A stretch of DNA of 62,184 nucleotides, counting the filler. It is 7 parts of 7 records of this genome, joined end to end, with 100 filler letters (N's around TTAATTAATTAA, not from the genome) between each part and the next. Parts side by side here need not be neighbours in the genome. Positions count along the whole stretch, not along the records: positions 43,079 to 50,367 come from SRR31147125_58468; positions 50,468 to 55,853 come from SRR31147125_58907; 5 more parts are not named here. The stretch is one strand, 5' to 3'. Below the pieces are notes generated by a model, which saw only the letters and a list, made by a program, of their open reading frames with translations, did no database searches and had not been told where the DNA came from. Below, piece by piece: positions 43,310 to 54,679 of the stretch (positions within the stretch are counted from its first letter, which is position 1; each line of letters begins with the position of its first letter). The position numbers were made by a program, and so were the translations under genes.

Positions 43310-44671
43310 TCAGGTGGTTAATCCAAAAGTTTTTTTTCGAAGTTTTTTATATCTGGCACTGTACTGGTCTTCAACAGTCACTTCTACTTTTACCGGAATT
43401 TTAAAATGTGCCAATTTATCTTTACAAAAGGCCCTGATTCGCTTCTTTATCTCTGTAGTACTTTCCGGGTTGACTAAATTCAGCCGGACAGCAACAATAT
43501 TACCCATGATTGGATTTTTTTCTCCATAAACTGTTGCATCCTGTATGTTATCCATTTGCATAAGAACGCTTTCCACTTCAGCAGGATAGACTTTTTCTCC
43601 GCCTACATTTATTATTTCTGTCTTTCTCCCCAGAATACGAATATAGTCACCATCAACTTCAACCGCGTCCTGCGTGTTCATCCAGCCATCTTTATCAAAT
43701 GGACTGGGTGCGTTCAAATATCCCAACATGGCAGATTTAGCACGGATCCATAAAATACCATCGACAATTTTTGTTTCGAATCCTTCGCCACCTATCTTTA
43801 CCCATAAAGAACCGGAATCCTTTGATTTAGAACGTAATATCCCAAGCTCTGACAGACCATATGTCTGTTGTAATTTCACTTGAGGTAATATTTTATGAAT
43901 GCGTTTCAATGTGCTTTCCGGCATTGGCTCTGTGCCATATGTAACTGTTTTCAAAGATGTTAAATTATACTTCTTATAAGCTTCACTCAGTAAAACCAAA
44001 TTTATAAATGTCGGAGATGTTGGCAGTAACTCAACTCTATACTTTTCAATGGCATTTAGAACACTATCCGGGTTGCGGTCTTGCAGAGTGATAAAGCACC
44101 CCCCATTTGACAGGGTATACAGCATGGTATTTATACCACCAATATGGTCAAATAGTAAAAACGTGATCGTCCTGAGGCTATATCTGGCTATTTTAAATTT
44201 TTCCAGCAATGATACAAAATCATGTAGCGCAGCCTTGTTTTTTCCGGTAGATCCAGAGGAAAACAGTATAAATCCCGGATGATCCTGCTGACGTAATTTT
44301 TGATAGTATTCATGATCTGCCTTATAAGGTAATTTCATCATCTCCACAGTGTCATGTTCATCAATCCGGAATGAAAACTCGCCCTGTACAATTTCTATAA
44401 ACTCAGCCTTTTTAGCAGCGACAGAACTCGTTAGTGGTACAAGAATACAACCATGCTCTATAAGTGAAAGGAACAGAGCAACAGCATTTGGAGAAAAATC
44501 CGCTTCCAGAATCGTAATGGTACCTGGCTTTAAATTTTGAGACGCTATCTTTTTCTGCCATTCAATCATCCTATCAAGGAGCCAGCCATAGCTAAAAGTT
44601 TGATCTTTCCAAACGATGGCATCCTTGTCTCTGTTTTCCTTAAATTTCTCGATCATGAAATCAATAAACAT
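43310..44671 (-). CDS. AMP-dependent acyl-CoA/acyl-ACP ligase (ANL superfamily)
   Basis: FSSGSTGKNK, QTYGLSE, GRKTEIINVGGEKVYPAEVE, FKIP. Confidence 0.9.
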   Translation of the reverse strand: MFIDFMIEKFKENRDKDAIVWKDQTFSYGWLLDRMIEWQKKIASQNLKPGTITILEADFSPNAVALFLSLIEHGCILVPLTSSVAAKKAEFIEIVQGEFSFRIDEHDTVEMMKLPYKADHEYYQKLRQQDHPGFILFSSGSTGKNKAALHDFVSLLEKFKIARYSLRTITFLLFDHIGGINTMLYTLSNGGCFITLQDRNPDSVLNAIEKYRVELLPTSPTFINLVLLSEAYKKYNLTSLKTVTYGTEPMPESTLKRIHKILPQVKLQQTYGLSELGILRSKSKDSGSLWVKIGGEGFETKIVDGILWIRAKSAMLGYLNAPSPFDKDGWMNTQDAVEVDGDYIRILGRKTEIINVGGEKVYPAEVESVLMQMDNIQDATVYGEKNPIMGNIVAVRLNLVNPESTTEIKKRIRAFCKDKLAHFKIPVKVEVTVEDQYSARYKKLRKKTFGLTT

Positions 44672-44719
44672 AATCGCCTCTTTAGATAGTCAAAAACTGA
44701 TTCGGACGTTGAGATTTGC

Positions 44720-45171
44720 TTAAAGCGGTATCTTGCGTATGGCACCTTTCCCATACATAACTGCTATATGACGAACGCCTTTAATTTTTTTAGCAATGTC
44801 CCGTAATTGGGCAATAAAGCGTATGACAAGCATGTCGTTTTGATGTTTTCCAAAAATGGAATATTCATCTTTAATACCGATGTGCAACACAATAATCATT
44901 TCAAAACTTATTCGCACAAAAATCATAACACCAACCAGATCGGTGTTTTTCACACATCCATTAAATGCATATAATGTTTGCACATCATTAAATTGCCCTA
45001 CCTTTATTCGAAGTAATTCGCCGTCTTCCACAATCCTTGGACTGCCATATTCTTCAATCGACTCGATAATTTTTGCTCGAACTTGAAATTGTTGAGGATT
45101 AAAAAATAATAGTGTTTCCAGTTCATCACGATGATTCTTTTTTAAACTTGATGAAAAGATAATGGACGTCA
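44720..45171 (-). CDS. Hypothetical protein, possibly GNAT-like acyltransferase
   Basis: Operonic ORF; LVGVMIFVR....IIVLHIGIKDEY...G pattern resembles GNAT beta3-beta4/motif A. Confidence 0.6.
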
Positions 45172-45179
45172 TAACGATT

Positions 45180-45884
45180 TTACCCCACGCCACCTAAATA
45201 AATAATCTGACCAGTGATGTAATCACTTTCAGGTTTAATAAAAAAATCAATAACATTTGTTATATCTTTAAAGGTACCCAATCTTTTTATGGCTAACCTG
45301 TCTACGAGAGCATCAATTTTATTTTTTGGAACAGCTCGAATTAAGTCCGTCTCCACTGGAGAAGGTCCAATGACATTGCATGTGATGCCAAATTGTGCCA
45401 CTTCACGGGCAAACACTTTTGAGAACATGGTAACAGCACTTTTTGAGGCTGCATAGATCGCCTCTCCTTCCAAATGCATAGGAACAGCAACGGTGGAAAA
45501 ATTAACAATACGTCCATGTTTGCTTTTTCTCATTAATTTTGCGGCTTCTCTGCAAAAGAGAAATGTTCCCCGAAAATTTGTCGTCATTATCCGGTCAACC
45601 ATCAAAGTTGGCATTAACAACGTGTGATTCATTGATGCAATACCAGCATTGTTGATGAGTATGTCTAACCGTCCATATTTTTTTTGAATAGAAGAGACCA
45701 TTGACTTAACCTGAGTCTCATCTGTTACGTCAACAATGTGGTGGGTGTAATTAGTCAATTCCCAATCAACAGGTTTTCGACTGCACCCTTCAACAAGAGC
45801 ATTTTGTGTCACAAAATGCTGAGCTAGCTGATATCCAATCCCCTTTCTTGTGCCACTAATGAGAACAATTTTGGGCTCCCTCAT
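45180..45884 (-). CDS. SDR / 3-oxoacyl-ACP reductase (FabG-like)
   Basis: SGTRKGIG, LINNAGIAS, YAASK, ITGQIIYLGG. Confidence 0.9.
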   Translation of the reverse strand: MREPKIVLISGTRKGIGYQLAQHFVTQNALVEGCSRKPVDWELTNYTHHIVDVTDETQVKSMVSSIQKKYGRLDILINNAGIASMNHTLLMPTLMVDRIMTTNFRGTFLFCREAAKLMRKSKHGRIVNFSTVAVPMHLEGEAIYAASKSAVTMFSKVFAREVAQFGITCNVIGPSPVETDLIRAVPKNKIDALVDRLAIKRLGTFKDITNVIDFFIKPESDYITGQIIYLGGVG

Positions 45885-46204
45885 TCTCCGGACTCCAAAA
45901 CCAATACCTGAATGTAATCCGATAAAGTCTGCACTGTTCTAAAAGGACTTCTTTCCTGTGACATAGCGCGTTCATCCGCTAAAGTGATTTGACATCCAAA
46001 ATCCTCATTTAATCTTTGCTCAAGATCGACAAGAAGGGTTACCAAGCCAAGAGAGTCCAGTAAGGATTGGCGCCCGATTAATTTTGATTCATTATTGATG
46101 GTACTGGTACCAGCCTCCTCCTTTTCTGCGAGAACACTTTCAAGACTGGAAAAAACAATGTTTAAAATATCCGATTGTTTTAATTCAGAAACGTGATCTC
46201 CCAT
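45881..46204 (-). CDS. Acyl carrier protein
   Basis: LDSLGLVTLLVDLE phosphopantetheinylation motif; small acidic protein with PFRTV.TL.DYI. Confidence 0.85.
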   Translation of the reverse strand: MGDHVSELKQSDILNIVFSSLESVLAEKEEAGTSTINNESKLIGRQSLLDSLGLVTLLVDLEQRLNEDFGCQITLADERAMSQERSPFRTVQTLSDYIQVLVLESGE

Positions 46205-46302
46205 TTTCAATTTCTCCTAATATGTTCCTTTACAATCTCGCCGTTAAATAAAGGGATATTAATATGAAAAATTTTTGTACATTATATGAGATAGATACTT
46301 TA

Positions 46303-47665
46303 TTAAATGTGCGGCCTTACTTTGTTGTATTCCCCAATTTTACTTTTCTGTAGTTGATCCGACTGTTCAAACTGAATACTTTGCTCATCTAAAAATTCTT
46401 TAACATGCTGTGCTACTGTATTATTATTAAGAGTGTCACTAACAAACTGTGAAGTATTCACGACATAAAAGTCATCATGCTTTGTCGTCACATCTGGGAT
46501 CAAACTCGAATAATTTAACACCTGCAACGGTTGAACCCTCTGAGCTCTGTTAATGTGGACGGATACAATGTCAGACTTTATAAAATTCGGAAACATTAAA
46601 TTAAAACCTGTAAAAAACAGATCCATCACATCATCATTATTCAAGTGCCAGAGTTCATCATTCGTATGGATATACTTGGGTAAATAGGTTAAATGATATC
46701 CTGCTGTTTCTTGAGGTGGTGCGACAGTACTCATTCCAATGACACCCGTAAAAGGAATAGATGGATCGGCAATATTTAAAACATAATAGGGTGTTAACGG
46801 TTTTCGAGTAACAAGTACCATACATATGACGCCCAGGTATTCCACTGTATGATGATCATTAGAAAATTCTAATAGACTCTTATCTGTAATTTTTTTCAGC
46901 ACATTCACCGGACTTGTAGCTATAACTTTATCATATATTTCTTTCTGAGCATTGGATTTGATAACGAGCTGATTGTCCTCATTCGTACTAATTCCTTCAA
47001 CGAGTACACCGGTTCGAATTTCTCCGCCTTTAGAGGTAATTAACTTTTTCATATGATCAAAAACCATCTTGTAACTTCCCTGAACGTAGCCTAATTGTTC
47101 TTTCTTAGCTGAGGAATTACGGGCCGAAAAACTGCGTTTTATATACGACCATATAAAAACGGCTGATGCCCGACGATAATGTTCTCCTAATTTGGCCCGT
47201 AACAATGATAACCACAGCTTTTCATACGTTTTTCTCCCGCCGATTCGAATCAACCATTCCTCTAACGGGATATTTTCCAGACTCTGCCAATCCTTGATCT
47301 TTGAACAATATAGTATAGTGAATGCCAATCTTATTTTATTCAATAAATTCAATGGTGGGAAAAAGAAATTCCAGACTATTGCTCATTGAATAAAATTTCT
47401 GATCAATATAAAATCCGGTAAAAGTTTCGTTCCATTTCAGTTTATGGCCAAGTCCGATTTCGCGGAGATAATCTATCAGAAAATTATCTGAGGGTAAGAT
47501 CACATGATAAAAACGATCCCAAACGAATGAGCCATAATCATGGTAGGTTGCCAAACCACCGAGTTGTTCACTTTTTTCATAAACGACAACGTTATGGCCA
47601 CTATTTGATAGACGTTCTGCTAGCATCAATCCCGTAAACCCACCGCCTATTATCCCGATTTTCAT
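46303..47665 (-). CDS. FAD-dependent oxidoreductase (protoporphyrinogen/amine oxidase-like), frameshift ~47360
   Basis: MKIGIIGGGFTGL...YEKSEQLGGLA, DRFYHVIL; continues in ORF 46303-47352 (EQLGYVQG, PFTGVI, YLPKY). Confidence 0.85.
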
Positions 47666-48664
47666 ATTCTGCATTCTCATTTCTATAAATACTTTTTGCC
47701 ACTCAATTGTGTTCTTCAATCCTTCTTCCAGGCCAACCACGGCCTTGACACCCAATATTTCTTCACAACGGGTTGTATCTGGCACACGTCTTCTTACATC
47801 TTCATATTTATTTCCGGTAAATGATTCATATGGTATAAAGTTAATTTTGAGATCATGGGAGGTATCACAAAGCCTGTGAATAATTTTTGCCAGTTCCAGT
47901 ATCGAAATTTCATTATTACTGCCAATATTGAAAATATCACCATTTGCCTCTTCGCTCATAATAGCGCTGTAAATACCCTCGACAGTATCTGAAACATAAG
48001 TAAAAGTCCTTGTTTGTAAACCATCCCCATGAATAGGTATTTCTTCATTTTTAAGTACCGCATCAATAAATACGGACTGAGGCCCTCCCCACCACGTTAA
48101 ATGATGACGAGGACCAAATGATCCAAAAAATCGTAAAAGGACGACGGGAACACCATAGGCGTCCTGACAGGCTAAAGCAAGGTGTTCGTCAAAAAGCTTG
48201 GATACCGCATAACTCCATCGAGCAACTTTTGAAGAACCTAATACACTCTCATCATCCTCCCTGAAAGGAATGTTGGGATTTCTACCATAAACATCTGATG
48301 TAGAAGCGAGAACACATTTTGTCTTTCGTCTAATCGAAAAATCCAACACATTTTCTGAACCTTTAGCATTAATCCTCAAGGTATCTATTGCTTTTCCATA
48401 TCTTGGAATTTTAAAAGCAGCCAGATGAACAACACAATCAAATTCATCATTCAAACTTTTAAATGTTTCCTCATCTGTTATATCCATCTTGAGAAACTTG
48501 AAGTTTCTATTATTTAAATGAGAGGAAATATTTGATAATTTACCCATGGATAAATTATCAATTCCGACTACCTCATGACCAGCTTCCATAAGTTTATCTA
48601 ACAAATTGGATCCTAAAAAGCCAGCAACCCCGGTTACAAGAATTTTTCTAGATGAATCATTCAT
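47666..48664 (-). CDS. NAD-dependent nucleotide-sugar epimerase/dehydratase (decarboxylase-like)
   Basis: VTGVAGFLG, HLAA, ASTSDVYG, RWSYAVSK, GDGLQTRTFTYVSD. As assembled it reads in-frame into the oxidoreductase. Confidence 0.88.
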
Positions 48665-48792
48665 GAACAGTCCTCCATTTTTCAGATTGAGAATTGAGTC
48701 TACTCAATTTTCAATCTAAGAATTAGAACATCCTAATTTTTAGAGGGCCATTTTGAATATCGGTTCATATGATTAGCTACACAAAAATCATT

Positions 48793-50367
48793 TCAACCCA
48801 CAAATCGTAACTTTAATAAACGGAGTAACAATCGTAGATGGCCTGCTATTGTCTGTAACGTTTTCATACTGGAATTACCTAACATTCTCGACTCGAGTAC
48901 AGCCGGATATTCAAGAATCTTTGATCCCTGCAAATCGAGCAGTCCAATAATTTCAGCAATACCTAGAAATCCTCCTTCTTTTACAGGTTGATCTATAATA
49001 ACACTTTTTCGGTACACACGAAAGCAACTGGTATATGTATTTATCTTTTGTCGGAGTACACGTTTATATAAAAATGAAGCTGCTTTTGATAAAGTCAGTC
49101 TCCATGCGGGTACATTCAACACTTTGCCCTGCGAATGATATGGCGATGCGGTTACAAGATCAATTCCATCATCAAGCAAAGGAATCATATTCTCAAGTTC
49201 ATGGGGATCATAGGTGCAATCACAATCAATTGAACTTACAATCTCTGTTCCGGCATGTTGAATGCCTGTTAATATAGCAGCTGCAACACCTTTATTTTGT
49301 TCATGGCTTATTATTTGACAGTTTGATTTATTTGCAAAAATTCGTTCTAACTGTATTAACGTATTATCGCTACTGCAATCATCTACAAATATAAAGTACA
49401 AATTGTACACTTTACCAAGTTTTTTTTGAACACTATCTAGTGTATTAGATAGATAAAGCAATGTTTGCTCTTCGTTGTAGCAAGGTATAACGATAGACAC
49501 ATCGATTTTATCATTTTTAGATTCATGATAATGCTTCCTGATTTTGGATAAAGGAAGCTTTTTCTCATCAGAAATCATCTTAACCGAGCAAACGAATTCT
49601 GATGCTTCATTTTTATTCCTCTCCTTATCTAAAATCAAGGTCTCGTCCAGACCAAGATAGTGGCCTATTCCAGTAAAATAATACTTTTTAAAATAGTCCT
49701 CAAGAATCCATATCATCTTGTCTAAATTTCGATAGTGACGAATCCGGGATTTAAGTGATCCCGCACTTATTCGGGGCTGATCTGGATCCAGTTCCCATAT
49801 ATGAAAGTACATGACAAATGGATTTTGATTCTTTTTATGCCAGCGAGCCACGGCTCTTTTGACTATCGTGTGAGGAAATTGCCGATAATAATTTCCGCCG
49901 GCAATAGGTATTGCATTTCCCAAAACATTCATTGAAGAAAGCGGAAATTCCCACAATGTTTTTCCGTTAAATGACTGCTGATGCACAAATTGACGCCATG
50001 GTTCAGAATAAAAACGTTTAAAGAGACATCCAATACTCGAATCATAATCATATCCTTCCTTGGCCAGCAATTCCAAAATCCAGAGATCGGATTCGGTCAA
50101 CCATCTGTGTGCCACTCGATAACCAGAAACCTTTGTCCCACTGGCTCTTTCCAATACTTCGCGCGCCCGTGCCAGGTCTTCCTTTAACTCAGATTCAGAT
50201 AAATTATGAACGACTCTATGATAGTAACCCTTGCTGGCTACTTCATGGCCGCGTTGAGCTACCTCTCTTACTATCTCAGGCATTGCATCAGCCACCCACC
50301 CCAATACAAAAAAAGTTGCCTTGATATTAAATTGATCCAATAAATCTAACGCTGAATGCGTATTTTT
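48793..50367 (-). CDS. Polysaccharide deacetylase (CE4, DUF3473-type) fused to GT2 glycosyltransferase; 5'-truncated
   Basis: KATFFVLGWVA, YDSS, IAGGNYYR, YFHIWELDPDQP, then VSIVIPCYNEE, VDDCSSDNT, IDCDCTYDP, TSCFRVYR in one frame. Confidence 0.87.
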   Translation of the reverse strand, partial: KNTHSALDLLDQFNIKATFFVLGWVADAMPEIVREVAQRGHEVASKGYYHRVVHNLSESELKEDLARAREVLERASGTKVSGYRVAHRWLTESDLWILELLAKEGYDYDSSIGCLFKRFYSEPWRQFVHQQSFNGKTLWEFPLSSMNVLGNAIPIAGGNYYRQFPHTIVKRAVARWHKKNQNPFVMYFHIWELDPDQPRISAGSLKSRIRHYRNLDKMIWILEDYFKKYYFTGIGHYLGLDETLILDKERNKNEASEFVCSVKMISDEKKLPLSKIRKHYHESKNDKIDVSIVIPCYNEEQTLLYLSNTLDSVQKKLGKVYNLYFIFVDDCSSDNTLIQLERIFANKSNCQIISHEQNKGVAAAILTGIQHAGTEIVSSIDCDCTYDPHELENMIPLLDDGIDLVTASPYHSQGKVLNVPAWRLTLSKAASFLYKRVLRQKINTYTSCFRVYRKSVIIDQPVKEGGFLGIAEIIGLLDLQGSKILEYPAVLESRMLGNSSMKTLQTIAGHLRLLLRLLKLRFVG

Positions 50368-50467
50368 NNNNNNNNNNNNNNNNNNNNNNNNNNNNNNNNN
50401 NNNNNNNNNNNTTAATTAATTAANNNNNNNNNNNNNNNNNNNNNNNNNNNNNNNNNNNNNNNNNNNN
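50368..50467. other. Contig-joining spacer
   Basis: N block with TTAATTAATTAA. Confidence 0.98.
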
Positions 50468-50468
50468 T

Positions 50469-50771
50469 CCACGCGATGGAATGGTAATGGATTTTGGGCG
50501 CCTCAAAAAAATTGTAAAATCAAAAATAGTTGAAGATTTCGACCACGCCCTGGTTTTAAACTCGGCATCATCCGAATCATATATTAAAGCCATGAAACAG
50601 GCTACTGAACGGGTAATTGTTCTTGATTTTCAGCCAACATCGGAAAATATGCTTTCCTATTTTGCCGAACTTCTAGCACCCGAATTACCCGATAATGTTT
50701 CCCTTTACAGCATTCGCCTTTACGAAACAGGAACTTCGTATGCCGAATGGTTCGCATCCGACAATGAATAA
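50469..50771 (+). CDS. queD: 6-carboxytetrahydropterin synthase, 5'-truncated
   Basis: GMVMDFG.LK.IV..FDHAL, PTSEN, IRLYET.TSYAEW. Confidence 0.88.
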   Translation, partial: PRDGMVMDFGRLKKIVKSKIVEDFDHALVLNSASSESYIKAMKQATERVIVLDFQPTSENMLSYFAELLAPELPDNVSLYSIRLYETGTSYAEWFASDNE

Positions 50772-50814
50772 ATCGTTTCAATTTTAACATCTCGTATCAA
50801 AACAAAAAAATATC

Positions 50815-53585
50815 ATGCCTGAAAATACTTCAAAAAAACTTTTCCTTTTAGATGCCTTTGCACTGATTTACCGTAGTTATTTTGCTTTTATCCGCAATCC
50901 ACGTTTTAACTCGAAAGGGCTAAATACTTCGGCAATGTTGGGTGTTACCAATACCATTGTTCAGCTTTTAGAAAAAGAAAATCCTGATTACCTGGGAGTA
51001 GTATTCGATGTTTCGGCACCCACTTTCAGGCACAAAATGTTTAAGGAATACAAGGCCAACCGCGAGGAAATGCCCGAAGACTTACGAAAATCAATTCCGT
51101 ACATTCGTCGCCTTATCGAGGCTTTTAATATTCCTATTATTGAAAAAGAAGGATTTGAAGCCGACGACGTTATTGGCACGCTGGCAAAAAAGGCAGATAC
51201 AGAAGGTTTTACTACTTACATGATGACGCCGGACAAAGATTATGCACAATTGGTTTCGGAGAATGTTTTTATGTACAAACCGGGAAAAGCAGGTGGCGAT
51301 GCCGAGGTTTGGGGACTGCCAGAAGTGAAGGAAAGTTTTGGTATTGAAACGCCCGAGCAGGTTATTGATATTTTAGGATTAATGGGCGATTCAGCCGATA
51401 ATATTCCGGGATGCCCGGGTGTTGGCCCTAAATCGGCACAAAAACTTATTGCTGAATTTGGCAGTATTGATGGCATTTACCAAAACACGGACAAATTAAA
51501 AGGTAAACAAAAAGAACGGCTAATAGAGAACGAAGAACAAGTACGTCTTTCGCGCGTTTTGGCAACAATTATTCTGGATGTGCCGGTTGAGTTTGAAAAA
51601 GAAAAACTGATACGCGAGGAAGTTCATAAGGAAGACCTAAAGAAACTACTTGAAGAGTTGGAATTCAGAACTCTGATTACACGTTTAAAGCTAAGCGATG
51701 CACCACCTGAAATGAATTTTCAGGGAACACTTTTGGAGCCGCTGAAGTTGCTCCGGTGGAGACAAAAACACAAGACAATATCGACTCTGTTCCTCACCAA
51801 TATTATTTGGTTGAAAACGAAATGCAACGTGCAAGTTTACGTGCCGAGCTTTCGATTCAAAAAGAATTTTGTTTCGATACTGAAACGACTTCGTTAAATA
51901 CACAATTGGCCGAAATTGTTTGCATGTCGTTTGCGTTTAGAGAGCATGAAGCTTATTGCGTTACCTTGCCCAACAATCGCGACGAAGCACAAAAAATAAT
52001 GGACGAGTTTCGCGAGGTTTTTGCCGACACCAACATAACCAAAATAGGGCAAAATATTAAATACGACATCCTTATTTTAAGCAACTACAACATAGCCGTT
52101 AAAGGAAAATTGTACGACACTATGCTGGCACACTACCTTATTCAGCCTGATCAGAAACACGGTTTGGATTTGTTGTGTCTGCAATATTTAAATTACGAAA
52201 AGGTACCAACAGAAAAACTTATTGGCAAAAAAGGGAAAAACCAGCTTACCATGCGCTCGGTTGGCACTGAAAAACTTCGCGATTACGCCTGCGAAGATGC
52301 AGATCTGACGCTTCAACTTAAAAATGCGCTCAACCCCGAACTCGACAAAGCGAATGTACGCGAGTTATTCGAAACGCTGGAAATGCCACTTGTTCCGGTT
52401 CTTGCTAAAATGGAAAACTCAGGAGTTAAATTGAATTCGGCAGAGCTTAAAAAATACGCAGTTGTTCTGCGCGAACAAATAATTCAACTTGAAAAAGAAA
52501 TTATTGAACTGGCCGGCGAAGAATTTAATGTATCGTCGCCAAAACAATTGGGGCCAATTCTCTTTGAAAAGTTAAAGATTGACAGCAAAGCGAAAAAGAC
52601 TAAAACCAAACAATATTCAACTGCTGAAGAGGTTTTGATTCGGTTGGTAGACAAGCACCCTATTATTCAGAAAGTTCTCGATTTTAGGGGATTAAAAAAA
52701 TTACTCTCTACTTATGTTGAGGCTTTGCCGTTGCTGGTAAATTCTAAAACCGGAAAAATACACACCTCTTACAATCAGGCAATTGCAGCTACAGGGCGTT
52801 TGAGCTCGGGAAATCCAAATCTTCAGAATATTCCAATTCGTACTGCAAACGGTCGCGAACTAAGAAAAGCATTTATTCCGAGCGACAGCGAACATATTTT
52901 CTTTTCTGCCGACTATTCGCAAATTGAATTGCGTATTATGGCTGCCCTTAGTGGCGACGAAGAAATGCAACGTGCTTTTAACGAAAAAAGAGATATTCAT
53001 GCCACTACCGCAGCAAAAATCTATCAGATTCCGTTAGAGAAAGTTGACACCGACATGCGTCGTAAAGCAAAAACTGCCAACTTCGGTATTATCTACGGCA
53101 TTTCGGCCTTTGGACTTTCGCAGCGTTTAAATATTCCGCGCACCGAAGCCAAAGAACTGATTGACGGTTACTTTGTGAGCTTCCCAAAGATTAAAAAATT
53201 TATGGATGCACGAATTAAACTCGCTCAGGAACAAGGATATGTGGAAACGATAAAAGGCCGCCGCCGTTATTTGAAAGATATAAATTCGGCCAATGCAGTG
53301 GTACGTGGAGTAGCAGAACGAAATGCGATAAATGCCCCCATCCAGGGTTCGGCAGCCGACATTATAAAAATTGCGATGATTAATATTCATCGGAAAATGG
53401 AGGAGCAGCAGTTAAAATCCAGAATGATATTGCAGGTACACGATGAATTGAACTTTGATGTGTACAAACCTGAGTTGGAGATAGTTCGAAAATTAGTTAA
53501 AACAGAAATGGAAAATGCCGTGAACATTGGTGTGCAGTTAACCGTTGAAAGTAATGCAGCGGATAATTGGCTGGATGCACACTAA
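50815..53585 (+). CDS. polA: DNA polymerase I (single frameshift ~51733)
   Basis: LDAFALIYRSYFA, YKANR, EADDVIGT (5' exonuclease); FDTETT; TGRLSS.NPNLQNIP, ADYSQIELR, AKTANFGIIYG, QVHDEL. Confidence 0.95.
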
Positions 53586-53588
53586 AGG

Positions 53589-53747
53589 ATGAATTACGAT
53601 TTAGATACCGAAGACGACTATAGGAAAGCTTTATCCAGATTTCTTGAAATTTGCGATGAACCTAAAAACGATGAAGAGGTACAGGAAATATTTCTGTTAA
53701 TGAAACTAATGGAGAAATACGAACGTGAAAATTGTTCGTACAACTAA
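53589..53747 (+). CDS. 52-aa protein resembling the N-terminal part of HigA-type antitoxins
   Basis: MNYDLDTEDDYRKALSRFLEICDEPKNDEEVQEIFLLMKLMEKYERENCSYN*; starts 3 nt after the polA stop. Confidence 0.6.
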   Translation: MNYDLDTEDDYRKALSRFLEICDEPKNDEEVQEIFLLMKLMEKYERENCSYN

Positions 53748-53749
53748 TT

Positions 53750-54679
53750 TTATTGACGGAATATACTTTGTACTTCAGCTTTATATTTCAATATATTCTT
53801 TGATTTTTTCACCAGCTTAAAGGCTTTTTTCTGATTCGAAAAATTATAACTGAAATAAATCCAAAACTGTTGCATTTTATTGAGCGTATTCCCCGGATTA
53901 TCCATCACTTCGGCATACTTTTCAAACACATTTTCGTGAAAATCGATAAGTTTTTGAAGCTTCTCTTTTTCCGAAATAGGCTCTTGCTTAACTTCGGCCG
54001 GCAAAAACGGATTCATCAATATTCCCCGGCCCAACATCCAATTCTCTGTTTCTGAAAATTGATTTTTTCGTTCTCTAAAATCGTCGATGGTAAAAATATC
54101 GCCATTGTAAACCAGCCGATGATTACTGTTTGCACCGACAAGACTATAGGCCGAACTTATAATTTCGCCTTTGTATAACTGTTTGGCAATACGCGGGTGC
54201 AAAATTATTTCATCTAAAGGGAATTCATTTAAAACAGAAAAAACTTGTTCAATTTCAGTTGGGAGCTCCAATCCTGCTCTTAGTTTCACCGACAACTTCA
54301 GATCGAAATTCTCGAAAAATGCAGAAAGAATGCGCTTAATCTTTTCCGGAAAAGGAAGTAGCCCGGCACCTCGCCCCCGCTTAGTTACCATTGGATAAGG
54401 ACAGCCAAAATTCAAGTTTATTTCCTGGTATCCAAAATCGTTTAACAAAGTAACCAACCTAACGGTTTCCTCTTCATCCTTCACCAAAATCTGGGGAACT
54501 ACGGTATTTTTCAGCTTATTATTTTCAGGAATAACTTCTTTCAAATATTTTGCCGGCACTTCGCCATTCTTAAATACAATATAAGGAGTAAAATATTTAT
54601 CAACTCCATTAAAAATATTGTCGTACGCCTCACGATAGACAAAATCGGTAAATCCTTGAAGTGGTGCCAGGTAAATCAT
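53750..54679 (-). CDS. tRNA-dihydrouridine synthase family protein
   Basis: LAPLQGFTD, NLNFGCP, GAGLL, SVKLR, HPR, YNGDI, MLGRG. Confidence 0.92.
   Translation of the reverse strand: MIYLAPLQGFTDFVYREAYDNIFNGVDKYFTPYIVFKNGEVPAKYLKEVIPENNKLKNTVVPQILVKDEEETVRLVTLLNDFGYQEINLNFGCPYPMVTKRGRGAGLLPFPEKIKRILSAFFENFDLKLSVKLRAGLELPTEIEQVFSVLNEFPLDEIILHPRIAKQLYKGEIISSAYSLVGANSNHRLVYNGDIFTIDDFRERKNQFSETENWMLGRGILMNPFLPAEVKQEPISEKEKLQKLIDFHENVFEKYAEVMDNPGNTLNKMQQFWIYFSYNFSNQKKAFKLVKKSKNILKYKAEVQSIFRQ

Noticed and set aside
51720-51760. polA split between the 5' exonuclease and Klenow parts
   Set aside because: One extra T in the CTTTTGGA run restores a normal full-length PolA; same error pattern as elsewhere, so not a natural split or programmed frameshift.
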